64,000 nucleotides of DNA from a virus (Duplodnaviria > Caudoviricetes): positions 252,222 to 316,221 of the IMG/VR virus record IMGVR_UViG_3300046779_001841; one strand, written 5' to 3'. The translations under genes and the position numbers were made by a program. Below the pieces are notes generated by a model. The model did not search any database. It was given only the letters and a program-made list of their open reading frames with translations, and was not told the DNA's origin. Of the stretch, positions 46,947 to 57,320 are shown piece by piece. The first letter of the stretch is position 1. Every line of letters begins with the position of its first letter.

Positions 46947-48752
46947 ATGTTTAGGTACTTTAGGTGCTGTTCGATTTACTGCACTCATTTCTGGAACTGA
47001 TCTACCGAATAATAAACCCTTACCTAATCTTGATGTACTTAAACTACTAGCACCACTTGTCATATATTTACTTTTTCCTACATTTTGACTAGCAACCCAA
47101 ATCATTCTCACTATCGCATCACTCATATCATCATGTTTGCCTTCTACTTGTGGTGCTTCTACTGTTATTAAATTCTTACTATGCACCGTCTGTTGCAATT
47201 CCAATAATTCTTGTAAATATGGTTCATGTCCATCTACATCACTATTCTTTCTATTATATAAGACCAATCGTTTATCCCACATCATATCTTTGAAATTTTG
47301 AAACATCTGACTTGTTAATTGTTTTGTCATCTGTTGTGTCTTTAATTGTGTCAATCCTCTTTTATTCAATGCTTGTTCAAATGGTATACCTGCCCACTGG
47401 TCAAATATACCTTCTGTTATATAGAATTTTTTCGCATAATCTGATACCCAATCTGCAACATCATCAAATTCTAATCTTTCTTTATCTCTATATTTACCTT
47501 CACCTGCTTTAATCATATCTACTTTATCTAACACTAATTTATCACCATCTAAATGTCCAATAGCTACTGCACTACCATCGCCTACTAAAGCAACATCTAT
47601 TCCCATAAAATATGGTTTTCTTGCTATTCCACGATCTACTGGTTTATGTTTTTCATCTACACAACCTAATAAGTCTTTACTATCTTCTATCCAACCACGA
47701 GTTCTATCTGTAAATTCACCACCATATTCTGTAAAGAACACTGCAGGATTTTTTAAATAATGTTTTTCAAATTCTGTTGCAGGTACTGTTGGATTTACTT
47801 CCCATGTAGGTGCTTGAACACATAACATATTTTCACTAGCTTTTCCACCTTGCATACCTATATTAAATAACTTATAAAACAAGCCTTGTTTTCCTAGTGG
47901 TGATGAAATTGATATAACACGACCTTCCACGGGTCCGATTGGCAATCTACGATCATTTGGATCTTTTGGTGAATATGCTGATGTAGATGGTACAACTGCA
48001 TTATATACTTCTTCTGCACCACTTTGTCCTGTTTCAGTAAAGTGTGCGATCTCATCCATGATAACACAAATATTACCAGCACCACGAAGCCCTTTGGCAA
48101 CACAACTTCTAAATGTTACTTTTAATGTTGCTTTGGCACTTGGATCTTCTATATATCTACCATATCTTTCTACATCTTTAGGTGTTTGAAATCTTGCATA
48201 AGATTGAGTATTGTTCGCAGTATAGGGTCCAAAGAAGGCACAATTTCTAAAATGTCCTGAAACTTCATTATATAGCAAACCTGCTTGGTCTTTATCAGTA
48301 GCTACTGATATGATTTGAATATTATTACTTGCTGGCAAACCATAATATTCTTGTGGATCTTGTTTTCGGATGAGTTTGTATGTTTCATAGGCCGCAATAC
48401 AAGCAGAAATCGTGGTCTTACCAGATCTACGACCAATAGATAAAACCATTTCTCTTCTTTCTTTACCTGGAATCACTTCTCCAATATTACATCGACCTTC
48501 ATCATATAAGAGTTTTAAATAATCTTTTTCAGTGACTTCTCTATAATGTTGCCTACGCCAATCCGATATTTTAAACTTTTTAGTATCATCAAGTTCTAAA
48601 CCATAATGTGCTTTTAAGATAACTTTTTGCACTGGGAATAAAGTCATACCTAAGCCCCATGGTGCTTCAACAAAATCTATAATATCTGCATCTTCTTTAG
48701 ATTGCACACCTGCTTTTGCACTAGCAGATATTGCTATGGTCGATAAAGCCAT
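46914..48752 (-). CDS. terL: Terminase large subunit
   Basis: Walker A GRRSGKT, Walker B VIMDE, RNaseH-like GID and HDDMSD. Confidence 0.92.
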   Translation of the reverse strand: MALSTIAISASAKAGVQSKEDADIIDFVEAPWGLGMTLFPVQKVILKAHYGLELDDTKKFKISDWRRQHYREVTEKDYLKLLYDEGRCNIGEVIPGKERREMVLSIGRRSGKTTISACIAAYETYKLIRKQDPQEYYGLPASNNIQIISVATDKDQAGLLYNEVSGHFRNCAFFGPYTANNTQSYARFQTPKDVERYGRYIEDPSAKATLKVTFRSCVAKGLRGAGNICVIMDEIAHFTETGQSGAEEVYNAVVPSTSAYSPKDPNDRRLPIGPVEGRVISISSPLGKQGLFYKLFNIGMQGGKASENMLCVQAPTWEVNPTVPATEFEKHYLKNPAVFFTEYGGEFTDRTRGWIEDSKDLLGCVDEKHKPVDRGIARKPYFMGIDVALVGDGSAVAIGHLDGDKLVLDKVDMIKAGEGKYRDKERLEFDDVADWVSDYAKKFYITEGIFDQWAGIPFEQALNKRGLTQLKTQQMTKQLTSQMFQNFKDMMWDKRLVLYNRKNSDVDGHEPYLQELLELQQTVHSKNLITVEAPQVEGKHDDMSDAIVRMIWVASQNVGKSKYMTSGASSLSTSRLGKGLLFGRSVPEMSAVNRTAPKVPKHSIRGMIGRSR

Positions 48753-48828
48753 TTAGACACACTCCTTTTTTTTAATTTATATATATTCATATTTTATAAT
48801 ATCATAAACATAAAGAAAGATTTTTAAA

Positions 48829-50469
48829 ATGTATTCTAAACTCTCACTCTCATCTGATTCACCTATCGTAAAAAAACTTAGAGAATCCATTTATGATGGT
48901 GTAATCAAAGCACAAGATGTGCATAAAGATAGTCGTTATAAGTATAACAAAGAAGCGATGTTATTTCTACTAAAGACATATAGTGGTAGTAATGTAGATA
49001 TATCTAAATGGGTTGATAGTTCTTTTTTATCTAATAAAGAGTTTCTTTTAGAAGCATTTCAAATAGTGCGGATTGAATATAGCTTTCAAAACTTGCCTAA
49101 AGAAATGCAACAAGATAAAGATATTTTAAACTTGTTACTACAAACAGATTTAAGAAACTTCCCAAGTTATGACATCTCAATTAGAGATACCGAAGCATTT
49201 GCAAGAAAAGCAGTAAAAACCCGATTGACAAATTTGGAATATGTTTCTGATCGTTTAAAAAATGATAAAAAATTTCTACTATCAGTATTGATAGCATATC
49301 GTAAAAATCCAGATCCACTATTTGATTTTTATGGATATTTGCCTGAAACTTTAAAAAATGATGATGACTTTATTTTAAATGCTGTTGCTCAAAATGAAAA
49401 GATACTTTCTCTTGTGAAAACAACTATTCGTAAAGACAAAGCCAAAATGAAACAAATTTTGGCTTTGAATGGTTTAGCTTTAAAGTATGCAAGTAAAGAT
49501 ATTCAAAAAGATAAAGAACTTGTTTCTATTGCAGTCAGTCAAAATTATCAGTCTTTTGAATTTGCTTCTAGTATTTTAAAAAGTGATAGAAATTTTGTCA
49601 ATGAACTCGAACAAATTAATCCAGATATTTTAGATCTTGCAGATCCTATATTTACAGATGAAAAACTTAGACAAGAAGAAAACATTTTCTTTGAGAACCA
49701 ACCAGATTCTACTGAAGAAGTGATTTTAATTAAGTGGGGTGTTACCACTCTTAGATTTCAATCTAAAGGACTATTAAGTCAAGTCTTAAAATTCAAAAGT
49801 GCATTAAACAAAGCAGTAGCTAAAATAGAAAGTTCACCTATTCCACAATTTAAAAAAATCTTAGACATGACAATCGATGTGATCACATCTAAAGACTATA
49901 AAAAGAAATTTGGAAAATCACCACCTGCAAAAGCGGCCGCTTTTTATACAACTCATTACGATACAATCAAGATTTTATTAGATGTTCAAAATGATCCAAA
50001 TTATATTGGTGCATCGATAATACATGAACTTGCACACAGATTTCACTATTTGCATATCAGAAATGGTGCTAATAATAAAGAAATTATCGACTTATTTAAA
50101 ATCGCTACAAATAAGAGATATTGTCAATATGCTAAAGTACCACAAGTAGGTGATCCAATAACAGATTTGAATATAAATGAACTTTCAAAAAAATGGACTT
50201 GGACAAATAAAATGGCAAGTCTTAGTGATTATTTTCTCAAAGAAAAAAATAATTGGGTGTATCTATATGAAAATAGTGCTGGTGATAAAATAGAAATAAC
50301 TAATAGTGAAATGCCACATATTCTTAAATGTCCTAGTCAATATGGATCGCAAGACGCGATAGAGTTTTTTGCAGAAATGATGACTTTAATTACTATTAAT
50401 AAAGTGAAACCATCTCAAAGAATGGTTGCAGATAAGTTTTTAGAAATCGTTCTTAGAAATATTAAATAA
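48829..50469 (+). CDS. DUF4116-repeat protein with a C-terminal zincin domain
   Basis: DKELVSIAVSQN..FAS..LKSDRNFV repeats; HELAH; SQYG..EFFAE. Confidence 0.8.
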   Translation: MYSKLSLSSDSPIVKKLRESIYDGVIKAQDVHKDSRYKYNKEAMLFLLKTYSGSNVDISKWVDSSFLSNKEFLLEAFQIVRIEYSFQNLPKEMQQDKDILNLLLQTDLRNFPSYDISIRDTEAFARKAVKTRLTNLEYVSDRLKNDKKFLLSVLIAYRKNPDPLFDFYGYLPETLKNDDDFILNAVAQNEKILSLVKTTIRKDKAKMKQILALNGLALKYASKDIQKDKELVSIAVSQNYQSFEFASSILKSDRNFVNELEQINPDILDLADPIFTDEKLRQEENIFFENQPDSTEEVILIKWGVTTLRFQSKGLLSQVLKFKSALNKAVAKIESSPIPQFKKILDMTIDVITSKDYKKKFGKSPPAKAAAFYTTHYDTIKILLDVQNDPNYIGASIIHELAHRFHYLHIRNGANNKEIIDLFKIATNKRYCQYAKVPQVGDPITDLNINELSKKWTWTNKMASLSDYFLKEKNNWVYLYENSAGDKIEITNSEMPHILKCPSQYGSQDAIEFFAEMMTLITINKVKPSQRMVADKFLEIVLRNIK

Positions 50470-50479
50470 GGAGTTCCAA

Positions 50480-51898
50480 ATGGGATGGGATATTAAAGAT
50501 TTTGTTTTAGAACAAGTTAAAAATCGTGGTCAAGATTTAATGTATGCAAGTGATGAACTTAAAGACGATATAGAAGTTGTTATCACTGCATTAAACAGTG
50601 ATAGAAGAGCAATTAAATATACAAGTGAAAGATTAAAAGACAATAAAGAAGTAATAAAAAACATCTTAAATCAAGAAGGTCTTCTCATTAAATATGCAAG
50701 TAAAAGACTTAGATCAGATAAAGAATTAGGATTACTCGCTGTTCAAAAGAATCCTTTAGCTTTTCAATATCTTGGAGGTTCTTTAAAAAATGACAAAGAT
50801 GTTGTTCTTACCACTTTAAAAAAAAAAGATGCAGATTACAAACTTTTAGATTTCATACCCCAAAGAATGTTTTCAGATAAAGAGATACTAGATATTCTTA
50901 TAAAAAAGAAACTAGAAGTATTAAAGTATGCACCAGAAGAACTTAGAAACGATCCAGAATTAGCTATTAAAAGTATATCTCAAAATTATAGTAATCTTAA
51001 ATATGTAAATAAAGAGTTAAGAGATAATGAATCGTTTATGGATAAAGTTCTAAAACTACAGAAACCAAATTCTTTTTTGAATAATCACCTAAAAACTTTT
51101 TACAGTCCAAGATTAAAACTAGAAGAAAAGAATCGTAATAACTTTTCTGTTAAGATTGGTGATAAAACAATCTTCTTTGTAGATATACCTACAAAAAAAG
51201 AAATCTTATTTTTTAAAACTGTATTATTTAAAGCAATCATGAAGATCAATAATTCTAAAGTACCTTCATTTTCTAAAGCATTGAAAAATTTAGATATTGT
51301 TTTTGGAGAATCAGGTGAAGCAGATAAACTTTTTTCAGAAAATTCAAAAAAGACTACACCAAATGTACAGGCTCAATATTTTTCAACAAGAGATGAAATC
51401 ATATATTATACAAACACAATAGGAAGTGGTAGAGATGTCTACATGACAATTATACATGAAATAGCACATAGGTTGCACTATTTACATATCAAAAATGGTT
51501 TTGAAAACAAAGAACTCAAAGATTTGTATAATAAAACAACATCACAAGTGATGTGTAGATTAAGTCAATTTCCAAAGATAGGCGATCCGTTATCCGATCT
51601 TAATGTTAATGAGAAAAATGAATGGGAATTAGTCACTAGAAAAGCCAGTGCTGAATTTTATTTAAAAGAAATAACTGATGATGGAATCTTTATTTATAAA
51701 GATAGCTTAGGAAAAGAAATCAAATTTCCAAGAAATAAAATTATGAAGATGATTAGATGTCCAAGCGAATATGGTGCTGAAAATGTTATGGAATTTTTTG
51801 CTGAAATGTGTACCATGATTACTTTAGGAATTGTCAAACCCAATCAAGAAATGATCGCCAAGATCTTTATCAATATTGTTGAGAAGAACCTAATCTAA
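50480..51898 (+). CDS. DUF4116-repeat protein with a C-terminal zincin domain (paralog)
   Basis: YASDELKDDIEVV-type repeats; HEIAH; SEYG..EFFAE. Confidence 0.8.
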   Translation: MGWDIKDFVLEQVKNRGQDLMYASDELKDDIEVVITALNSDRRAIKYTSERLKDNKEVIKNILNQEGLLIKYASKRLRSDKELGLLAVQKNPLAFQYLGGSLKNDKDVVLTTLKKKDADYKLLDFIPQRMFSDKEILDILIKKKLEVLKYAPEELRNDPELAIKSISQNYSNLKYVNKELRDNESFMDKVLKLQKPNSFLNNHLKTFYSPRLKLEEKNRNNFSVKIGDKTIFFVDIPTKKEILFFKTVLFKAIMKINNSKVPSFSKALKNLDIVFGESGEADKLFSENSKKTTPNVQAQYFSTRDEIIYYTNTIGSGRDVYMTIIHEIAHRLHYLHIKNGFENKELKDLYNKTTSQVMCRLSQFPKIGDPLSDLNVNEKNEWELVTRKASAEFYLKEITDDGIFIYKDSLGKEIKFPRNKIMKMIRCPSEYGAENVMEFFAEMCTMITLGIVKPNQEMIAKIFINIVEKNLI

Positions 51899-52176
51899 AG
51901 ATATTCTCTTAAATATAAAATTTGATTTAAATTCAATGGATTGTTACCAGGTTGCAATTCTATCTTTAACACTTCTTTTCTTGTTTGCCATTCAAGAATA
52001 CTAAATTCAATTCTTTTATCTTTCTTCTCATATTCCAATACATATTTTTTCCTACTCTCTAAACTCTCAGTAGTATTCCAAAACATATTATTGTCTTTGG
52101 TTCTTAGACTGTGTAATGGCATCAATGACAAAAATTCACAAATCTTATCATTCACTCTTTTTATGTGATCACTCAT
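51895..52176 (-). CDS. Hypothetical protein
   Basis: 93 aa ORF; degenerate motif copy J upstream. Confidence 0.65.
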   Translation of the reverse strand: MSDHIKRVNDKICEFLSLMPLHSLRTKDNNMFWNTTESLESRKKYVLEYEKKDKRIEFSILEWQTRKEVLKIELQPGNNPLNLNQILYLREYL

Positions 52177-52199
52177 AGTGATTTACCTTTCTGTAAAAG

Positions 52200-52239
52200 C
52201 TACATTCTTATAACACTTCACACACTGCTTTTATTGCAA
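52200..52239 (-). promoter_or_regulatory. Conserved motif, degenerate copy J
   Basis: TTGCAATAAAAGC-N8-AAGTGTTATAAG; same spacing as the other copies. Confidence 0.6.
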
Positions 52240-52270
52240 TAGAAATTAAATTTTTTTCATTATTTTTATT

Positions 52271-52501
52271 CAGCTAGTCCCAAAGAAAGATGAGTATGTC
52301 TATGAAAATAGTAAAGGTGATAAACAAGTCATACCTTATGATCTCATGGGTAAAATAATGAATTGTCCAAGTGAATATAGTAACACTAATTCAATAGAAT
52401 GGTTTGCTGAAATGGTAACAATGATTACTATCAATAAAATACCACCACATCTCAAAAATCATGCAAAGGAATTTATAGATGTTATTTCTATAAACATTTA
52501 A
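52271..52501 (+). pseudogene. 5'-truncated relic of a third DUF4116-zincin paralog
   Basis: 76 codons with no start codon ahead of the homologous segment (in-frame TAA at 52247): YVYENSKGDK..CPSEY..EWFAEMVTMITINK matches the C-termini of 48829 and 50480. Confidence 0.85.
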
Positions 52502-52502
52502 A

Positions 52503-52652
52503 TCATTCTTCTTCTGGCAATGTCATATCATGCACTTTTTGAGATAATAAATCTAATCCTAAAAGATGAAACACTTCACTTACTGGATGTGCAATTATAT
52601 TGTGTATAGACCACTGATATTTTTTAGGTAACTTAGATATGAATTTTCTCAT
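52503..52652 (-). CDS. Small His-rich protein (49 aa)
   Basis: Hand translation MRKFISKLPKKYQWSIHNIIAHPVSEVFHLLG..VHDMTLPEEE*. Confidence 0.7.
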   Translation of the reverse strand: MRKFISKLPKKYQWSIHNIIAHPVSEVFHLLGLDLLSQKVHDMTLPEEE

Positions 52653-52657
52653 TTTAA

Positions 52658-53368
52658 TTATCCTTTTTCCATTCTGGCTTTAGCTTCTTTTAACCATTCA
52701 TCTGCATCTATCATTTTACCAAAATTTGCAAATATACTTTCTGTCATTTCTGGTCTTACTTTTGCTTCATCACACGCTCGTCTAAATGTTTCTGCTAAAA
52801 ATCCAAACAAGATTTTAAATGCTTTACCATCCAAATCGATTGTCTGGTTTGATAACATTTCTTTTTTCTTTATCCAAGCATCTCCTACCGCTTTTAAGGC
52901 ATTTACTCTACGAATGGATAATTGACTAGTGTTTTCACCTTTTCTTTCAGCTTCTGTTCTTTCAAATTTCAAAGATGCTGATTCTTCAGCTAGACCTTCA
53001 ATTACAGAATTTAATACATCACCACTTTCGATATTGTTTAAAACATTTCCTAAGATCTTATCACTCATCAATGTACTGATCTTGTTCATTTGTTGATTGG
53101 CAATATTAAGTTGTGTGGATGACATTGCTATTTGTGCTTGTTGAATTGTAGGCACTGGTGTGGATGATATATTTGTTGGACTACTTGTTGTTGTTTTATT
53201 ATTGTTATTTTTCCTACCAGGTTCATTGTTCATTGTGATTGGCAAACCTGTTGTTGGATGAAACATAATTTGATCAGATGGTTTTACTTCATCTGGTTTT
53301 CTCCAAACAAATTTACCAAATTCATCGACTACTTTTACTCTAGCTACATTAGGATCTACTACTGACAT
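52658..53368 (-). CDS. Possible terminase small subunit
   Basis: Helical C-terminal half, about 240 aa, upstream of terL on the same strand; positional inference only. Confidence 0.35.
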   Translation of the reverse strand: MSVVDPNVARVKVVDEFGKFVWRKPDEVKPSDQIMFHPTTGLPITMNNEPGRKNNNNKTTTSSPTNISSTPVPTIQQAQIAMSSTQLNIANQQMNKISTLMSDKILGNVLNNIESGDVLNSVIEGLAEESASLKFERTEAERKGENTSQLSIRRVNALKAVGDAWIKKKEMLSNQTIDLDGKAFKILFGFLAETFRRACDEAKVRPEMTESIFANFGKMIDADEWLKEAKARMEKG

Positions 53369-53414
53369 TGTTCTTTCCTTTTTAAATCTTATCTACATTA
53401 TATATATATCAAAT

Positions 53415-54401
53415 TTAAAAAGGTGCAATCATTTCTCTTATTGTTTGTTTATTCTTTTCCAAAGAACCTACTACTCGCATACTATCTGATGCAGGTGCTA
53501 CTAAACTTTCTATTGTTAAATTATCCACTGCAATTTCTGTTTTTACATACACACCATCGACTAAATTATATGTGATATTGTTTTGTGTTAGTGGATTATA
53601 TACCATTTCTACACCATTTCCAGATGGTGCTATAAATCTTACAATTTGATCACCAGTCTTAATGTTGGTAGAAACATAAGTTGGTACATATAATAAAGTC
53701 TTGATGAAATTACTAAAATCATTCGCAACAAATGTTTCTTTTAATTCCACTATTGGACTGATTGCTTTCTCTCTTACAATTTCTTTCCTACCTAATTTAT
53801 GATCTGTTGCAGGATCATATAATAAATTTCCATCCAAATCATAAACTAGAAATGGTGGATTACCATTAAACAAGTCATAACTAAATTGCATGAATTGGAT
53901 CACCAAATTATCAAATAGTGATACAGATTGTACGATGATTTGAGTATCATCGTCTGGATCTATGATTGCAATTAAATTGAAATCCTTGTCATTAATGAGA
54001 TTACATAAATCTTGAGCTATCTCAGCTAAAGTCATTCCATCCGCATCTTCACCACCTGTTCTTGCAAAAGAATCGCCTACTTTCATTGTAGGTAACAATT
54101 CCATATCTGCTAGATTATCACTATATATTTGAAATTCATCTGGTCGTCTTAAATTAGCAGGTGCTAGTGCATTATTTCCATACTCATCACTATTGACTTT
54201 AATCTTTACAGATGGTCGATCTGATGTATATGTACCTAATTGACCTTGACCATGATTTGTCACAATTAACTGTGCTTCAAATCCATATCTTATATATGAA
54301 GGTGCTTGATTTGTAAGAGAATAATCTGCACTGGGTTTATGTGCGACCAACATCTTAAATGGTTCAAACAAACTTGTTTTTTTATACATTTGAGTTAGCA
54401 T
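53415..54401 (-). CDS. Hypothetical structural protein
   Basis: 328 aa ORF in the virion gene string. Confidence 0.7.
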   Translation of the reverse strand: MLTQMYKKTSLFEPFKMLVAHKPSADYSLTNQAPSYIRYGFEAQLIVTNHGQGQLGTYTSDRPSVKIKVNSDEYGNNALAPANLRRPDEFQIYSDNLADMELLPTMKVGDSFARTGGEDADGMTLAEIAQDLCNLINDKDFNLIAIIDPDDDTQIIVQSVSLFDNLVIQFMQFSYDLFNGNPPFLVYDLDGNLLYDPATDHKLGRKEIVREKAISPIVELKETFVANDFSNFIKTLLYVPTYVSTNIKTGDQIVRFIAPSGNGVEMVYNPLTQNNITYNLVDGVYVKTEIAVDNLTIESLVAPASDSMRVVGSLEKNKQTIREMIAPF

Positions 54402-54416
54402 TTTAAAAAATCTTTC

Positions 54417-57320
54417 TTAAAACTCAAAACCACCAAACAAAACATCTTTTAAACCATCAGGTGTTTTATTGGTATTGGTTTCAAAGTCTATGTCATTGTT
54501 TGTAGTTAAGTTGAACTCATCTTCATCATAATTATTAACAAATAGTGATGCAGTCTTTTCTTGATCACTCGCATTTGCCAAACGAATACTTTCTTTTTGG
54601 TATTTCTTTACATTATCTATTCCCAATTCAGATAAACTCGCTACCACTGGCTTATTATACTTTTGACAATAACCATCCGCATTTTTAAATACACAATTCT
54701 CACACTTATTCATTTGCAATACTGCAGGTATCATATTTGATCTATGTTGTAAAGCACCTTGATCACAACCCACTTTTTCATAAGCACCTGCATCTACATA
54801 TACTTGACCAGATAAACCTTCATGTGCAACACGAACATTTTTAATATTATCTGCATAATGATCTAAGACATCACTGGCAAATCTTGCTTTAAGCATAACA
54901 TCTAAATCGTTACCTACTGCACCTTCAGTCATCTTTTGTCTTACCCAAGATTCAACACTTTCTACACTGGCAAGTCTTGAACTTTTATTTTTATTGGTAA
55001 GAATGTGTGCAGTGTATTTAGTATCTTCATAATCTTTAGATGATGCGATATGTTTCTTACTAATATGATCTAACACTAATGCCAATTTCTTGTTTGGATT
55101 TTCATGTTTAATCTCATTCACTTCGGATTGACTAATCAAATTAGCTTGAACAAGTTTTGCTATCTTAGTTTCTATTACTCTTTGATTAACTTTAGCTTGT
55201 CTTTGTTCTTTCCCATCAAAACCATCAAAACTATTTTTGGCTTCTGTTAAAAGATTGTTCGCAGTATAGATGGTTTTCTCATACAACTTTTGAGAACCTT
55301 TTAAAACTGCCAAATACATTTCTTGTGGTGTTTTTCCTTGTGATGCAAATTTATATGCTTGTTCTTTATCCAAGATACCTGCTTGGATTAAATGCTGAAC
55401 ATTTTCTAATGTCTTTTTTGCACTTTCTTTATTTAAAGAATTTTGTTCTCTTACAGAATCTTGTGCAGTCTTGTTTGACAATTTAATGTTTTCTTTAAAT
55501 TCTGCCAAACTATAATTACTGATCTTGATTAGCTGGTTTTCTAAATATTGAACTACTTTTGCTAACTTCTCTTTTGCAGTCTTTACACCACCTGTAATAT
55601 TTTGCAATTCTCTTGTGTTGATATAGTTTGATTGTGCAAGTCTTGATATTTTATTTTCTAATGATTGATTGATCTCAATCATAGCTTTTTCCTTTTGTGT
55701 TAAAGGCAAACTACTCGCTTGTTTCAATCTTGCACTGATTTCTGTTTCTACTGACTTAAAATCATTTTGATATGTCTTGATCTGATTTAAGACTTCCCAC
55801 TTTTGTCCTGCATATGCACTTGTCTTTGGCATATTCTGTTCTGCAATATATGCCAATATATCTTCTACTTTAAGTTCTGGTTCTGATGATGAACATCCAC
55901 AAGCTATTTTATTCGCTTGTTTTTCTGTAATCAAACCTGCTGATATAAGTCTTTGGATTTTTATATCAGCATTCGCAATTCTCTTTTGTAATTCTCTATA
56001 TTCTGGAGTATCTATTTTTACATTACTAAAATCTTGTGCAATTCTAGTTGTCATTGTAGCTACACCAATACCTGAACCTTGATATTCAGATTTAATGTCT
56101 TTTATAGATGCAAATCTAAACAATAAATTCATTTTCTTGGTGTTAGAAAATTTACTATTGAGAATATCACTCGCTTCTTTTTTATTGATCAAACCTGCTT
56201 TAACTATTTGTTCTGCAGTCTTTTCAACTTTTGCTTGTAATAGTCTTGCTTCTTTTTCTTCTTTACTCTCATAAGTTTCTACTTCTGGAGTATACTCAGC
56301 AAATTTTGATTGTGCTTCTTCTCTGGAATATTTTTTAGTTAAATCTTCTTCATAAGAATACCATGTTTGTGGTTGCACTTGTGCAGGTGCTTGAGATAAA
56401 AACGCTTGTTTCAATCTAGCTTGATAATTTAAACCACTACCAAGTTTAATACCTATTGTCTTTAGTTTAGGTGCATAATGTTCAAATGCTGATTTCCAAT
56501 TAATGTTTGATACAACTTTTCTACCTTGATGATAATCAAATACACAATCTTGAGATGCTGGTATAATATATTTTGCACTTGCACATCTTGCTTTAATTTG
56601 TTTATCCCATTTACCATTGAACAAACCTTTAAATGCTTCTTCTCTTATATAGACTTTTCCATGTAATCCATGATCACTCGCAATACGATTGCCTACTTCA
56701 TCTGTATATCTACTACCTAAGTCTTTTTTAAGATCTGCAAGAATAACTTTTAATGGTTCACCATAAGCAGATCTTCGCATTGCCTTTTCAATCTTTTCTC
56801 TATATTCATCACCTGGCAATTCAGCTTTTGGTTTATTAGTTGGATTAACAACTTTAATGTATTCTCTATTTTTATTTGGAACTAAACCTAAACCATTTGT
56901 ACTTTCATCCCACATTTCACTTAATTCTTTTAATGCACTATCTTCATAAAAGCTATTTTCCATCTGTTCATAAACATCTTTCTTGTTACGAACACCTTCA
57001 AGATTAGCTTGTGTTTCTTGTGCTAACCATGAATGATCTACAATAGGTACATATTGAAAAGAACTTTCTTTAATGAAATCACCTAAATGTAATCCACCTT
57101 CTTCATCTACATGGCTGGGTAAAACACTTGATTTAGGTGTATCATTTGGCAAAATACCACTAGGTAAAGAAGATAGACCTTTGGCTTCGGGTAATCGTGC
57201 TTTTTCTAAAACACCACCATTATATTCGGTATCATATTGAAAACCATCAAGCATATAATTTGAACCATTGGTTAAAGTATAACCACCATTAGGAAGATAA
57301 GAACTAGATTGTTTTTTCAT
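54417..57320 (-). CDS. 967-aa virion-type protein with five internal helical repeats and a C-terminal Cys cluster
   Basis: Repeats of the LIxAGLI type; many R/K-x-A-S motifs; C..CENCVF..C. Confidence 0.75.
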   Translation of the reverse strand: MKKQSSSYLPNGGYTLTNGSNYMLDGFQYDTEYNGGVLEKARLPEAKGLSSLPSGILPNDTPKSSVLPSHVDEEGGLHLGDFIKESSFQYVPIVDHSWLAQETQANLEGVRNKKDVYEQMENSFYEDSALKELSEMWDESTNGLGLVPNKNREYIKVVNPTNKPKAELPGDEYREKIEKAMRRSAYGEPLKVILADLKKDLGSRYTDEVGNRIASDHGLHGKVYIREEAFKGLFNGKWDKQIKARCASAKYIIPASQDCVFDYHQGRKVVSNINWKSAFEHYAPKLKTIGIKLGSGLNYQARLKQAFLSQAPAQVQPQTWYSYEEDLTKKYSREEAQSKFAEYTPEVETYESKEEKEARLLQAKVEKTAEQIVKAGLINKKEASDILNSKFSNTKKMNLLFRFASIKDIKSEYQGSGIGVATMTTRIAQDFSNVKIDTPEYRELQKRIANADIKIQRLISAGLITEKQANKIACGCSSSEPELKVEDILAYIAEQNMPKTSAYAGQKWEVLNQIKTYQNDFKSVETEISARLKQASSLPLTQKEKAMIEINQSLENKISRLAQSNYINTRELQNITGGVKTAKEKLAKVVQYLENQLIKISNYSLAEFKENIKLSNKTAQDSVREQNSLNKESAKKTLENVQHLIQAGILDKEQAYKFASQGKTPQEMYLAVLKGSQKLYEKTIYTANNLLTEAKNSFDGFDGKEQRQAKVNQRVIETKIAKLVQANLISQSEVNEIKHENPNKKLALVLDHISKKHIASSKDYEDTKYTAHILTNKNKSSRLASVESVESWVRQKMTEGAVGNDLDVMLKARFASDVLDHYADNIKNVRVAHEGLSGQVYVDAGAYEKVGCDQGALQHRSNMIPAVLQMNKCENCVFKNADGYCQKYNKPVVASLSELGIDNVKKYQKESIRLANASDQEKTASLFVNNYDEDEFNLTTNNDIDFETNTNKTPDGLKDVLFGGFEF

